From positions 1 to 64,000 of IMG/VR virus record IMGVR_UViG_3300026488_000021: a stretch of 64,000 bases of DNA, one strand, 5' to 3'. The translations under genes and the position numbers were made by a program. Below, piece by piece: positions 37,348 to 51,036 of the stretch (position 1 is its first letter; the number at the start of each line of letters is the position of its first letter). This DNA is from a virus. The notes under the pieces were generated by a model. That model made no database searches, was not told where the DNA came from, and saw only the letters and a program-made list of their open reading frames with translations.

Positions 37348-39582
37348 TTAATTTATAAACTCGTACATGAATGCTTGCCAAAGTCTATTTTTGTAATTTG
37401 CTAAGTATCTAAATAAATATTGAACAATCCATTCAGTTCTTTTATCTCTTTCTTTTAATAATCTGCTTATGTTTATAACAATATTTTGGTTTTCACTTGT
37501 ATCATCTTTAACTAATTGTTTAATAGCTTGAATAGCATGATGCTTACTTCCAAGTTCTTCTGGAATATATAAATCGATAGTCACCTCTTCACCAACATCT
37601 CATCTTATATTGATTGACTGTTCCTTTTTATTATACAAGATAGTTTTTACAAAAAACTCTTTTAATTCATCTTTACCCTCAATAATAGCTCTATGTATTT
37701 TTGATGTTTTCTCTATGATAGTTTCAAGTTCTTCCTTAGAGAATACTTTGTAAATATCATTAACAATCCTTAACCAAGCATAGTTATTATCTATTCTAGC
37801 TTCTCAATTATCAATCCAATCTTTATATTTAGATAAGTCAACATCTTTCACTTTATCCCACATATCTGCAAGAACAGATTTTCAATTAAGACTTTTTCTG
37901 ATTTTCTTATAAGTCTCTTTATCTGTATGTAATGATTTATCTAATTGAACATAGATAGATCTATTCATAACAGACATATACTTTGGTGCTTTCTCTCAAC
38001 CAATAACAACAGGAGATAACATATTGTATGTAACAACACTTTGATCTGCTCTACCTTTCTTTGCATCTTTTTCATTATAAACTCATCTTAACATTTCTTC
38101 TATTTCAGATGAGATATTTCAAGTAAACTCATCAAAGAATATTGGCGCATAATCTCATAACTCATTTTGAACTGCAAATGTTCTTGTTCCTTCTAATGTC
38201 ATTGCTCTTGGTTGAATTGTTACATTTCCATCTTTTATTGGCGTAGGTGACAATCCCACAAGTTTCATCATCATTTGTATAGTTTCAGTTTTACCTGATT
38301 CAGTAAATCAGATAACCTGTAAGATTGGTGTTGGTATTCATTGCTGGAATAAATCCTTTTTAAGGAAAGCTCATAAGAACCATAGGAATATAATATAGTG
38401 ATAAGGTTCTCTTAAATATCACTTCATAATTTTCTTTGCTTCTTGTATAGTTATTTGTTCTCAAATAGTAGTAGCATATTTAGGAGCAAATACTTTAAAT
38501 TCTTCATCTGTATCTTTATACAACATCTGTCATCAATGGACAAATATTTTTTTTTCTAGATCAATTCAATTATGTTCTACAATTTTAAACTCAGGTATAT
38601 TATCTTCATCTATCCATTGGTCTAGTGCTGAATAAAACATTTGAAATGTTTTTCAAGTCGTCATCATTCTTATTCATTGTCATCATAATCTTTTATTGAA
38701 ATGGTCTGTATTCTGATAATATGGGAAGATAATATCTCATTCGAAGTAGTAGTATCTTTTCTTAATATCAGTAATCACATTATTTAAGACATCGTAATTA
38801 GACTCATACCATCCTACCAGTTTCAACGGTTTATCAATAATTACACTTTCAACTTCTGCATCTCAATTTGTTTTAATTGAATATACTCCGTCTTTTCTAA
38901 ATTCTATTTTATGTGTATCACTGATATTATACATATAATAGATATCTGTCTCTTCTATACCATCTATTCAGAATTGCTGTAATAACTTATTCAGTTTTGT
39001 AATACTTCATTTAGCAAGTCTATACAAACAATCAAACACATTTCAAGATATATTGTCATCTTTATTTCTTATATCTAAGACAATTCCTAGTTCATTAGAT
39101 ACAAATACTTCTTGATTTTCTATCTCATCAACAAACAATTTCGCACCTACATCCTCTGGTAAAATAAGAGAATTAACTTTCTCTTTAAGTTCTGCTAAAT
39201 CTCAATTTAATTCTAAATCTTTACTTATAAGTTGTAAAGCTTTCGATAATATTGACAAGTCTTTTATAGAAGGTTCTGTATTCTTTATTGTTAAGTCATA
39301 CACTTCTTTCTTCCATTCTCATATTTTAATCTTCCCTCAATTATCAACCTGCCATCATATTAACTTCCACCGATTTGGTTTGATGTTTTTAGTTAACTTC
39401 TGTATCACAGTATCCTTATTAGAAATTATTGCCTTCTTATTTCAGAATTCTCAAACTACATTAAAGATAGGTAGATCTATTGCTTCCTTAGAAATCTTTC
39501 TAAGCAAAATTCCATTATCAATGAAAGCATATTTTGCTTTATCTTTAATAGTAGTTTTTCAATCTTTATCTAAGTATTTCAT
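37348..39582 (-). CDS. Replicative P-loop helicase (DUF927/primase-helicase type)
   Basis: 744 aa; Walker A GFTESGKT, Walker B IFFDEF, LRGVYN...KGRADQ, Arg-finger-like VMNRSI. Confidence 0.75.
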
Positions 39583-40161
39583 AACTTAGCTGTTATTCAA
39601 TAAATCATTCTCTATTTACATCTGTTATAATTCAAACATATTCAGCATCTGTATTTATTTTTTCTCAATTTTTAAGTCAATATACTCTTCATTGTTTGTC
39701 TCTTACTAAAATTACGGATTTTAAGTCACATACAGCAATACCATTCCTAAATGTATGTACTCAATAATTTGTCATTCTGTTCATGTCAAATCCTTTTGCA
39801 GCTTCTGTATATTCTTCTATACTTGCTTTTATTATTTGTGGTTCATTATTTTTTTTATTTTCAAGCTTTTTAATCTTTTCATTCAGACTCTTCAAAGAAA
39901 GTTTCTCTGCCATTGTTTTTTTTGTTACCATATAAATAAGCAACTATTGGACTAAATCATCTTTTACTAATATCTAAAAACAGATCTGTCATCTTATCGT
40001 AAAACTCTATACCTTCTTTCTTTCAATACTTTCTAATACTCTCTTCTAATAAGAATTGTGGTTTACCAGCAAATCTAATTAGGATATTGTTTTCAGAATT
40101 CTTAAAATAAATTCAATTGTCATCAACATATGTTTTAAAATAGATTTTCATCTTGCTCTTG

Positions 40162-41511
40162 TTATATATTAAATAGTTCTTTAATATCTTCCTTCTTTTT
40201 ATATTGATTTTTAATTTCTTCTGCAAGTGATTTTAATTGTATAGATTTTTCTATATCAATCAAGTAATTCTTATATTTTTTTATTTCTATGTCTCACCAC
40301 ATTTCTTTATAAGCTTTCATTCTTTCTCTTACTTGCGAGTATAAATTCCCATCCTGGAAATCATAATATTCTGGATTCTCTGAACCTCTTAGTATTCTTC
40401 CAATAGCTTGTTTTACTTGTGCCTTAAATTTTACGAACATAAAGTAAAAAGCTGTATCTAATGGAGGATGATCAAATCAAGTTCCTACTGACTGATAAGT
40501 TGCAACCATTACTCATTTTTTTTCTGTCAATTCTTTTAATATTTCTTCTCTTTTCTTTTTACTAACTTTTCAAGTATAAGCAGCAGCAGAGATTCAAAGT
40601 TTATTTAATGCAACTGCTATTCACTCAGCTATATCAGTTCTATCTACAAATATTATTCACATATTTCTGTCTCATCTTTTCATTACATCTTCAACTAAGA
40701 ATAAGAAGTGAGCTAATCTTTCTGTATCCCAATACATTGTATCGACCAAGTCCTGCCAGTCAACAGCATTATAAGATTTACTAAACTTATAATAATAAAC
40801 CTCAGGATTTTTAGGTCGTATTCAACTGTCGATATATACATTATTAAACATTTTAAATAATGCTTCTGAGGGAAAATTATTTAACTCTGGGGTTCAAGTA
40901 AATCAATATACTTTGTCATACTTATATTGACAGAAGAAATGTATTCTGTTTCTTGTGGTAAACTGCATATGTATCTCATCTATTAGTACTTGTTTGTAAA
41001 TACTATCTAGTGATAACTTCTCCCAATACATATCAAAGGATCTTGAAACAATAATAAGAACCTTAGGAGGATTAGTTCTACTAAACTTATCCTTATTAAA
41101 TATTTCTACTTCAATTCACAATCATTTAAACTTCTCGTATAATCATTTTGCAATCTCTGTCTTCGGTGCAATAACTAAGGTATGTCAAGAATATACCTTA
41201 GCTATCGCAGCCATCATATAACTTTTCCCTGACCCCACACCTGATAAAAGAAGTCAATAATTATATTTCAATAATTTCTCAACTGCTTCTTTTTGTTTAG
41301 GTCTAAGAAAATCTGGTAGTTGTATACTATCTTTAGTTTCTTTTTCTATCCCAAATGTCCTTGGTAAAATATATGTATTGCTTCATCTTTTTTTTTCAAA
41401 AAGTTTAAGCTGTTTAGGTCGCGCTTCATTAAATGGATTTTGCTCTTTAAATATTAGCTCTTTTGGTAACTCAAAACTTAAAACTTTATCTCAGATTCTG
41501 TAATATTTCAT
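40162..41511 (-). CDS. SF2 DExH helicase (UvsW-like)
   Basis: LRPKQKEA, GVGSGKS, IDEIH, GFTGTP, GFDHP, QAIGRILR. Confidence 0.9.
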
Positions 41512-42224
41512 TCCTCTACATTAAGTTTAAATAATGGACATTTCTCTTTTAATTCACAGAAATGACACATTCTATTTTGTTTAGGTTCATAATCATCAAA
41601 GTCTTGTGAGTTTTGATATTCTATAACTACTTTTTTAATTTTCTTTAAACAGTCTTCTTTTGTAAATTCTCTTTCAAACTCCTTTAAACTTGCACTACTT
41701 TTCTTTTCGAGAACTACATATCTAAACTTAGCTTTATTAAATCAAAAGTATTCCATAGCCAAATATGAGTATACTGTTGATTGTAAACTTTCATTCCAAA
41801 TATCATCTCATTCATACCAATTCTTATTATTAGATGTTTTCCAGTCTATGATTAAGAGTTCTTGACTTTGTCAAGAATCTCTTATAGCAACCAAATCTGC
41901 TGTTCAAGTAATCCATGTATTCTCTATTTTTTTTACAAATGGAATTTCTGTATAGACAAAGTTATAGACATTGTCTATTTGTTGTCTATATTGAATAACT
42001 TTATCTGCAAGCTTGTCTATTATTTTTTTAGTTTTCAAGTCTGGATTTATTTCTTTCGAATACCAGTCTATCATCTCTTTCTTACTTTCTGGATGTCTAC
42101 TTACAAAGTGAATTAAATCTCATAAAGCACTCACTTCTATTGGTATATTTACTTCTCAATATTTAAACTTATATGGACAAGTATTATAGATAGACAAGCT
42201 TGTAGTTCTTATTTGATTAGTCAT
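41478..42224 (-). CDS. PD-(D/E)xK exonuclease, Cas4/RecB-like
   Basis: CPYK...GDLIH...GTADL...IDWKT...Q..VY...C.FC..K..C (four-Cys cluster). Confidence 0.85.
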
Positions 42225-42795
42225 TACAATTATTAAATTTATAAATCTCATTTCAATACACATCTCGTCCTTTAGGTTTACATCTTGCAAATACCTCTAT
42301 CTTCTTTAAATTAGGATACATAATATCTAAGTTCTCTCTAACCTTATCAGGCTTTCTACTATGTTCTCTTATAGGCTCTGCTATGATTTGATTTATCATA
42401 GGTTTAGCAGGTTTAAATCTTCATCCATTCTTTCACTTAATTCATATTAATACTAGTTCCACATTACTAGCTGTATAATATCAGGGATTAATCCTATAAC
42501 TTCAATCTTTATTTATTTTTACCCATGTAAAAGCTACAGTTTTATAAACAAATCACCAATACTTCATAAGTTCAATAGCAAAATCAAGTCTAGGACATGT
42601 AGCCCACATAAACATTATACAGTCTTTATTTGCCAGACTACTTATAACATTCTTAAAGTTTAGTAGTTCTTCATCTCTCATAAGAGGATAGTGTTTCATA
42701 GCTCATCCTCAAAACTTTATTTTATTTTTTCTTTCTCATCAAGTTTTCCTAGAATTATACCACCAAGGTGGATCAATATAAATCAAGTCATACAT
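42217..42795 (-). CDS. MT-A70 family N6-adenine methyltransferase
   Basis: YDLIYIDPPW, HYPLM, FMWAT, FTWVK, EHSRKP, EVFAR..KG(CGA)DVYGNE. Confidence 0.92.
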
Positions 42796-43103
42796 TATTT
42801 AATCTCTTTTACTTGTAAATAAGCTGTCTCTTTTTCTTCTAAATATTCTTCTGCTCATTCTTTAACTAATGCTTTTGTATCGATTACAATTTTAACAGCA
42901 TCTGGATATTTTCTCTTTACTTCTAATTCATCTATATCTGGTTTTAATTTATAAGAAAGTCTTACTACTTTCTTTACAATAAAATTGTCGACCTTTTCTT
43001 CTTCAATTCCTTCTTGAAGAAGCTCAGCTTCAAGTTGTTTTATTTCTTCTTGAAGCTGTTTCAATTGTTGTTTTTTTTCTACTAATAATTTTAGTTTATT
43101 CAT
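42795..43103 (-). CDS. Hypothetical coiled-coil protein
   Basis: Track ORF extended through TGA to TAA. Confidence 0.55.
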
Positions 43104-43105
43104 AT

Positions 43106-43771
43106 CTATTTTTTATCAGATAAAGCTTTTCTCCATTCGTCTGCAATCTTCTTTAGTTCTTCTGTATTTACTTTTCATTTTTCTATTAACTGTTTTAGAT
43201 TATTTTCTTTAGCCCATTGTTGTCTCACTATCTCAAACTCTTCAACTGTCTTAGGATTCTTAGTTGCAATATATTCTGCAAAGTCTGCTACATAATCTTT
43301 ATCTGTATTATCAACAATTTTCTCAGCTTTCTTCTCAACTTCTTCAAATGTTTTTTCAATAGCTTCTTCCTCTTGTGGGAATTCGAAGATCTTAGCTACA
43401 TATTTTAATGCATCTTTAAATGCTCTAGCCCTCAATCTTGATATCCCACCATACAATCCGTCACTAAGTAATGTTTTACTAGTAAGATTCAAAGCACCTA
43501 ATCCTTCAAACACTCTTCAATCTTTTAATGTAATAACACAAGTTTGTAGCAAAGCCACAGCTGAATTAGAACTAGCCAATTTTTCGACTGGTTTAAATTC
43601 AACTCTTTCTAGGATATCTAACTGTCTTGCTATATCTCTAATAAATTTTACATCAACATATTCTTGTCATTTAAAATCCTTCTTTAGAATATCAGTTGGT
43701 AGATATTCATTTATTGAATACTCTTTTCCTTCAATAATTACCTTAGTTGTAGTAGCTTTTTTTGTAGCCAT
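43106..43771 (-). CDS. Putative ssDNA-annealing recombinase (Rad52/Sak-like)
   Basis: GQEYVDV...CVITL.DG...EG.G...ARAFKDALK; close to the exonuclease gene. Confidence 0.55.
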
Positions 43772-43779
43772 TATTATTT

Positions 43780-46700
43780 AGTTTAAGATTTAAAATATTT
43801 TTCATAAGCTTTTTTAGGAATTTTGTTCCCATATTTTTTCTTGTAATAATAATACATCTGATCTCAGATGTACTTAATAGCCTTGTGTTTAGGTGGTAGT
43901 TCTACTAAATTATCTTCTATAAGATAATCTTTAATATCAAGTCAAAGTTCTTCTACCATTTTTTTAATCCTCTTAAACACTTTGTCTGTAAAATACTTAA
44001 CTCTTTTATCTTTAAGAACCTGATAAGACAATCAGTACTTTCAATAAACCTCACCTAATGTCTTACCAAGTTCAATTACTTTCTTTTTTACATCTTTTGT
44101 AAGTGTATCTGTATCAACCTTTGTAAGCATTCTTATTCTTATTATTTACAATTTAAATAGTATCATTTATTAAATCTTTTATAATTATTTTTAACCAGGT
44201 TATATCTTCTCTTAAACAATCATCATATTCTAGTTCATTCAATTTTAATATATCTAGAACATTTACTTCTTTACTATTCAAAAGACTTAATAATTTTTCT
44301 GGACAGTTAAATTTGTCTTTATCCCGCTCTATAATTTGCTCTACATTAACCCTCATTTTAATTTAGTTATTAGATAAAAAAGTTTCCCAACTCTTTCATA
44401 AAAACTCTTTTCTCTTTTTGAGATATATTTCATAATCTTTTTTATTACTAACCTCATACATTACAACATCATTCGCAAAGATGTTATAATATCTGTTCCA
44501 ATCTCATCTAACTTTTATCATTTTTGCATCTACTTCTACTAAGTGTTGATAGTTTATCATCTCGATTTTACTTTATAATATAAATATTTTCACATATAAA
44601 TAAAGGATTTTACAGCTGAACTAAACAATGTTTTTAAAGCTGTAAAGAACTTGTCTTGCTCTTGTATCCATTTTTTTTGATAATCTTTTCTTAAAGTGTA
44701 ATCTATAAATGTCATTTTAATAATTATTAGGAATTAAATTCTTTCAATCTCAATACTTACCTTTGGTATTTCATCCTTCTCAATTGGAAGTTCCTTTTCT
44801 ATGAACTGATAAATTTTCTCGTTCAAATCATCTATGAACTGGTCTCTTATTTCTCTTAGTGTATAAGTGTTGTCATCAGGTCATTTATATACACCATCAG
44901 GCAACATATCATCATCAGTATACTGACTTTGGAACCAATCCCAGTATTCATATAAGGCTTTTTGTAATCTTAATTCTGGTGTCATTTTTATTTTATAAAG
45001 AAATAAATAAAAGGTCAAACCAACATACAAATAAGTCAAACTACACTTATTAATTGTCCTTGCTTAAATATCATATCGTCCTCATATCATATCCCAATTT
45101 TCATCAATAAATCTCCAATAAATACACAGATTAGAAATCCAATTTCCATTAATATTATTTGTAGCATTTTTATTTAGTTATAGAATAAATACTTCTAAGT
45201 AGGAACCAATATTCCTTTTCTCAGTATAAACTTATGTATTCTTGTTTTAATTTTTCGTCTTCAGGATTTTGTTGTATTCTTTCTTTTAAATCTAACCTAG
45301 CTACGAATCTAGCTAGGTCCTCTGACAAACCTAATTCTTTTGCTCTTTCATATGTCATTTTAATTACTTTGAAAATCTAAAAGTATCTATATATCTTATT
45401 TTAACTTTAATCAGAAACCAGTTTTATGTAGCATCCTGTGTGTGTATCATTATTTATATGTAAAATATAATTTCATTTACTCTCTAATATTTTCTTTACA
45501 TCTTCTTTTTTTAATTTCCTTACTTCTTTAAGTAAAAAAGGTTCAAGCTCTCTAAGTTCTCATTTATATTTTATTTTAACTTTTTTAGAGAACTCCTTTC
45601 ATAGAATATATGAGTTATACAATTTTTTTAGTAACTCACATATAAAATTATAATTATATTCATAGTAAATGTAATTTATTCTTATTTTCTTAATTTTAGT
45701 ATTAGGATTAAGTAGTCTAGATATAGTATGTAAATCTCAATCTTCGTTAATTAAATAAAAATCCGTTAGAGCAATTATACTATAATCCTTGTCATCTATA
45801 AGTAATGCCTGATCAAAGAAACATCAAAATTCATTAAATGCAGTTATATATTTTCCTATATCCATTTTTCAAATTTATTATGTTGTAAAAGTACTTTTAT
45901 CTCTTCTCATGTTAAATATTTCTTTATTTTCTTTTCTAATTTATTTTTTAATTTTTTAAAGATATTTATTTTCATATCTAAAAAAGAAATCTCAGTAACA
46001 CTAGATATTATTTGAGAAGTTCATTCAAAGTCAACACCACTTAACCCTACACTTAAATCTAAAATAAATAATCTTTTTGTGTTTATTCTATCCAATTCTT
46101 GTATTAATTCATCATATTTATGTCTATATGTATCAACGTATGCTAAGAATATTTTAGCATATGTTTCTATTTCTCCTATATCTCGATCAACTTCATAAGT
46201 GGGTATATTTAATTTATATTCAGTTTCTTTAGGACTAACTAGCTTTAAACATCATTTATTTAAAGATAATCAACTACTTGAATAGTATCAATTATCCTCT
46301 TTAATTTTGTATGTTACAAAGTTTTCTTTTCTAAATAAAATATGTTTTTTACTACATATTCCTTGATAAGAATATCAATATTTTGTAAGTTCATAATCTA
46401 TATAATCATTATATTTATCTAATAGTTTAATTACGTCTGGAATTATATCCGTTTTTTTAATATAATAGTCTAATTTAAATATTAACTTCATATTACTCAT
46501 TTTTTATTCTTTTAAATCAAATAAAATTCCCCAATCTTTTTTACATTCTACCAAACATCTCTCTGCATCTGACTTATACATAAACATTATTCCATCAATA
46601 GTCATAGCTGTTTCTAGGATGATCTCTAATTCATTAGTATCCTTATAATAGGCTACCCTATATCATCAATGATAAGTTCAATCTTCATCCCTATTAAGTC

Positions 46701-49700
46701 ATAATAGAGCTTTATTCTTCCAAATCCATCTTTTAATTCTTGCTAATGCTTTCCTTTTTCTTAATTCTTTTTCTGCTTCCTCTTCTGTTAAAAAAACATT
46801 TCACATTTCTAATCTTCTTTCGAATCCGCTTCATAACAATCAATCAACATCAATTATCTCTCATCTATCATTAATATAAAAGTATGCCCCACGATTTTTT
46901 AATTCATAGATACTTTTGGGTGTCTCCTCCACCTCTTCTAACCATCAATTATATTCTAGTTCTGTAATCATCCTTTCTAATATTCATAATAAATGCTCAT
47001 CAACAGTTTGAAAGGATGGAGTTGTGTTATCACTACATTCCTCAAAATATACATCTCAATCTTCATATACTATTATGTCTCAAGCTTTTGCTCCAGGCAA
47101 GTCCTTTAATAATTTAAATTTTTTCATTTGTTTATTTAATTAAGTTATAAAATTATTATTTTCTTATCTAGGATTTCATATTAAATGGTCAAGTAATAAT
47201 TATTTTTTCATCATCAAAGATTAATACTTCTCATTTTATGTATTCTGTTGGATTAAATTCATCGTCTAATCGTTGTCAAGTAGATGGTTGTTTATATAGT
47301 GTTAACAAGAATTGTCAATCAATATTATATACTTTATATCTTTCAAGGTTAGCATCTTCTAGCAATGCATCGAAGACTCCTTGTGATATAAATTCATTAT
47401 CCATTTTTTTTAACTGTTTAATAATGTATACTTTCTTTATTAAGTCAAATTTAAAATAGTCAAGTAATTCAAGTAATGTTCCTTTGTGTAACATTAGTTT
47501 ATTTTGTTAAAAAATTAAACACATAATTGAAGTGTCTCCATCAGTTCGGACAATGATATCTATACATTCCCGAACTAGCTTCTTCAGTACAATATCTACT
47601 CAAAGATGGTCTTCAGTTTAAGCTGTAGAAAAATCTAGCTCAACCTTTCCATCTCCAGGTATACCAGTATTTGGTATACCTTGACAACCAATCGTCTAGA
47701 TTTTCTGATAGGTTTTTGAAACCGTATACTTTAACTCACATACATTGACCTTTCCAACAGTGCTTGAATCCTCAACTTTCAGCCATAGCTATTCAAGCAG
47801 TAACTATAATACAATTTTCTACACTTCAAGTTATTATCCACTTCTTGCATTTATTGATAACGAGTGAAGATTCATAATCACTAAATCAAAGCTGCCTCAT
47901 TCAGTTGTATAATTCAACTGCTCTTTCTCACCAGCAGTATCACCATACAACTTTTTTACATCCAAGCGGTTCGTAGTTGTATGCTTTAGTTTGAACCGCT
48001 CAGATAATGATTAATACAATTCCGCTAGCTACTAGTAGTGTAGCTAGCCAGGTTAGGTTCTTACTCATGTTGTTTTTGTTTATTTTTTAAAAGCTTAAAG
48101 ATATTATTCATTTTTCTATTTTTTGTTTTGCTTCTTCAATTTTTTTTATAGAGTATCATTCATCTTGCAATTTCTTTACAATACAATCCCAATCTCCTCA
48201 ACATTCTTTCTCTGCTGTAAGATACTCTGCTAGACTTACCTGATAATAATCATCCTTTTTTAAATATATAGTTAAAAAGATAAATAACAAATCACTTCAA
48301 TAATTTATTCTTATTTCTTTATTATTCCAACTACACTTAGATAAAGCTAACTTCATGTTGTTTTCCACGTCATTGTTAGCTCTCATAGCTAATTTTTTAA
48401 TACAATTCTTTTTATTTAAACCTTGTAAATCTTTAGTATACCATAACATTGTTGCGTGATACATATCAACTAATAGATATTCCTTGTATTCTTTTTTAGG
48501 AATATATTTTCAGTCCATAACTATCTTTATTCATTTTTTATTTACATAATCTGTAATATAATCTAGAATTATTTCTGCAGCTTTTTCGTTTATATTATAC
48601 ATTTTTTTTATTTTTAATTTTAAAATTCTTCTATTAACTTAAACAAATCTATTAACTTTATCCTTCATGTTTTTGTTTCTATATAAACCCTTAATCAAGG
48701 GTATCTGTGCACATCCTCACTATATTCTCAATCTAGTTTATCCATCAGTGCTACAAATCTATCTTCCATCTTAAAGACATCTGTACTTGAATATACATCA
48801 TCTGAGAAAATAAAGCTTCAGTCTGCTTCAATTATCATTTCTCTTTTACCAGTATCATAACGTTTTAGTTTTACTTCGTATTCTACTTCCTTTTGTAACT
48901 CTTCCTTAGTGTATTTTTTTGTAAATAGTCAAGGAATAATATAACTTTCTCAATCTTTACTTTTTTGAGGAATTATAGATTTATCTACAAATGCTAAAGT
49001 CATATTTATTTATTTAGAATGTAAAATATTTTTAATAGCTATCTTAAGATAGCTTATCTCACAAGTAGCAGGGGTCATATCGTATACTCTTTTTAAATAT
49101 TTTACTACTTGTGGCAGGATACCTTTTTCTTTACAAAAGGTATATAATTCTTGTTTAGTCATCTGTCTAGTAAATTAAAAATTAAAAAGATTTTCTAGTT
49201 TTAACCAACTGTTGAAGGATATCTCTTAAAACATGTTCTTCAACGGTTGTTATAGTCCATCACTTTTCTTTTAGTTTTTCTTGTAGTTTTGTTATTAAGT
49301 TTAAATCTTGAGCTGTTTTTAACATTTCATTATAGTTTTTATTTTCTAACATTTTTTTCTTTTTAATAAGTAAAAATATCTTCAGGTCGTTTATATTCTC
49401 AATCAGGTTCTGCTCATTCTACTAAATCTATATAATCGTCTTCATCTTTAAATTTTACTTTAAGTATACCCCGTTTAATAAATGCATCTTCTATATCGTC
49501 TATAGTTTTTCAGTATTCTTCTAATTTCTCAAGTATTCTTTCTCAATCAAAATCTACATAACATTTATATTCAGCTGATATACCTTCAGCTTTGCTTGAT
49601 TGTATTTCTTTCAACATTTCTTTTATATTCATTTTTTTTATTTAATTAAATTATAAAATTCTTTAAAACAATTATATTTTCTACTAAATTTCACTTCTTC

Positions 49701-50960
49701 ACAACCTATGATTTCCAATAATCTTTTACAGTTTTCGATGTTTCTTCATTGATTAAGAAGCTCAAATTTAAACTCATCTATTAACTTAACACATCAATTT
49801 TTAGCTTCATACACGTCAATTTGATAAACTCAACAATTCACAATTCTATCTAATAACTCAACATCTCTACTTTCAAACTTATCAAATACAAGTACTACTC
49901 CTAGATGATATTCTACATCATATGTTTTATTGTTTTTACTTTTAACTCACCATCATTTTTTATCCGAATAAGTGATGGTTATTTCATCGTCTTCAAGTTT
50001 TATTTTCTTTTTATTTGTTATAATTGCTATGTCTTCTAATTCAGGACTTATTGGTTTGTCTTCCGACCAAATAGCAACAAGTCCAGCTTCTTTCAACTCT
50101 TTTTTAAATCCTTCTGACTGGTTTTTAAGTAAAAAAAACTTTTGATTTATTTTTTTATAAGTAATTATTTTCATTTTTATTTTTAAATTTAAGAATTAAA
50201 AACACCAGCACTTGCTGTATCTAGTAGTAGCTGGTCTTCAAGGATTTTTAGCAGGTCTTGTCTTAGACCTGCTTTTTTTGCTACTTTAACGGCTTCTTTT
50301 AACTCTTCTACTGTTCAATACAAACAAATGTTTTCTATTGCTTGGTTCACCAACCAAGCATCTTTACTTGTAAGATTTTCAATTTGCTTCTTAATATTCA
50401 TTTTTTTATTTTAAGAAATAAATATTATAGTTTATAAACTAAATTTATAGTTTAAATTATGAAGTTCTTTATCAGCATATTCATCAATTACATTATATAT
50501 ACCATCCTCTATTGCCCATCTCGGAGTTCACCCAGTAAATTTTATATCTACATAAGGAACTGTATACTCCTTATCTTCATCTTCGTTTTCTACTTTTTCT
50601 GCTATATAACTAATAAGTTTATTCAATGTTTTAGTATAATCAATTTTTCAATCTATTGTGTATCCTTTTAGATTTACCTTTTCTTCTTCATTAATCTGTT
50701 CTATGATTTCTTCTAATACATTCTCTCTTGCAATCTGAAATATTCTTTCTAAAACATCCATCCTTAAATCATTAAGATAGATATATACACTTTTTATCAT
50801 TACTTTTTTTAATTAAGAAATAAAAACTGGTACTATCTATTTATATAGTACCAAAAGCCGTGCTTCTTGCAATAAGTCAGAAGCCGGCTCCTTCACTCTT
50901 TATCTAAGCCATATTTTAATAGGGCTTTAATAAGCCTCTTAATCCTTCTAAGTTGTTTCA
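43780..50960 (-). other. Dense cluster of short, co-oriented early genes, mostly hypothetical
   Basis: Roughly 20 short minus-strand frames with AT-rich leaders, e.g. 44153-44356, ATG at 47128 (MKKFKLLKDLPGAKAG), 49003 and 50174; no families recognised apart from 47499-48068. Confidence 0.7.
47499..48068 (-). CDS. Membrane-anchored lysozyme-like protein
   Basis: N-terminal TM/signal (WLATLLVASGIVLIIIGA); IAMAESGG...CMGVK...F....D.W...Y..Y resembles the muramidase/GH73-like catalytic Glu region; Cys-rich. Confidence 0.5.
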
Positions 50961-51036
50961 TTTTTTTTATTTATAAAATATAAAAAACCTGGAATCTCTA
51001 AATTAAAGAAATTAATCTACGTAGAACTTAGCTTCT

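Noticed and set aside
41478-42224. Cas4 as part of a CRISPR-Cas system
   Set aside because: No other cas genes or array; the context is a phage recombination cluster.
47499-47640. Apparent frameshift in the lysozyme-like gene
   Set aside because: Re-reading shows a continuous frame through TGA (…YSLNGRPSLSRYC…).
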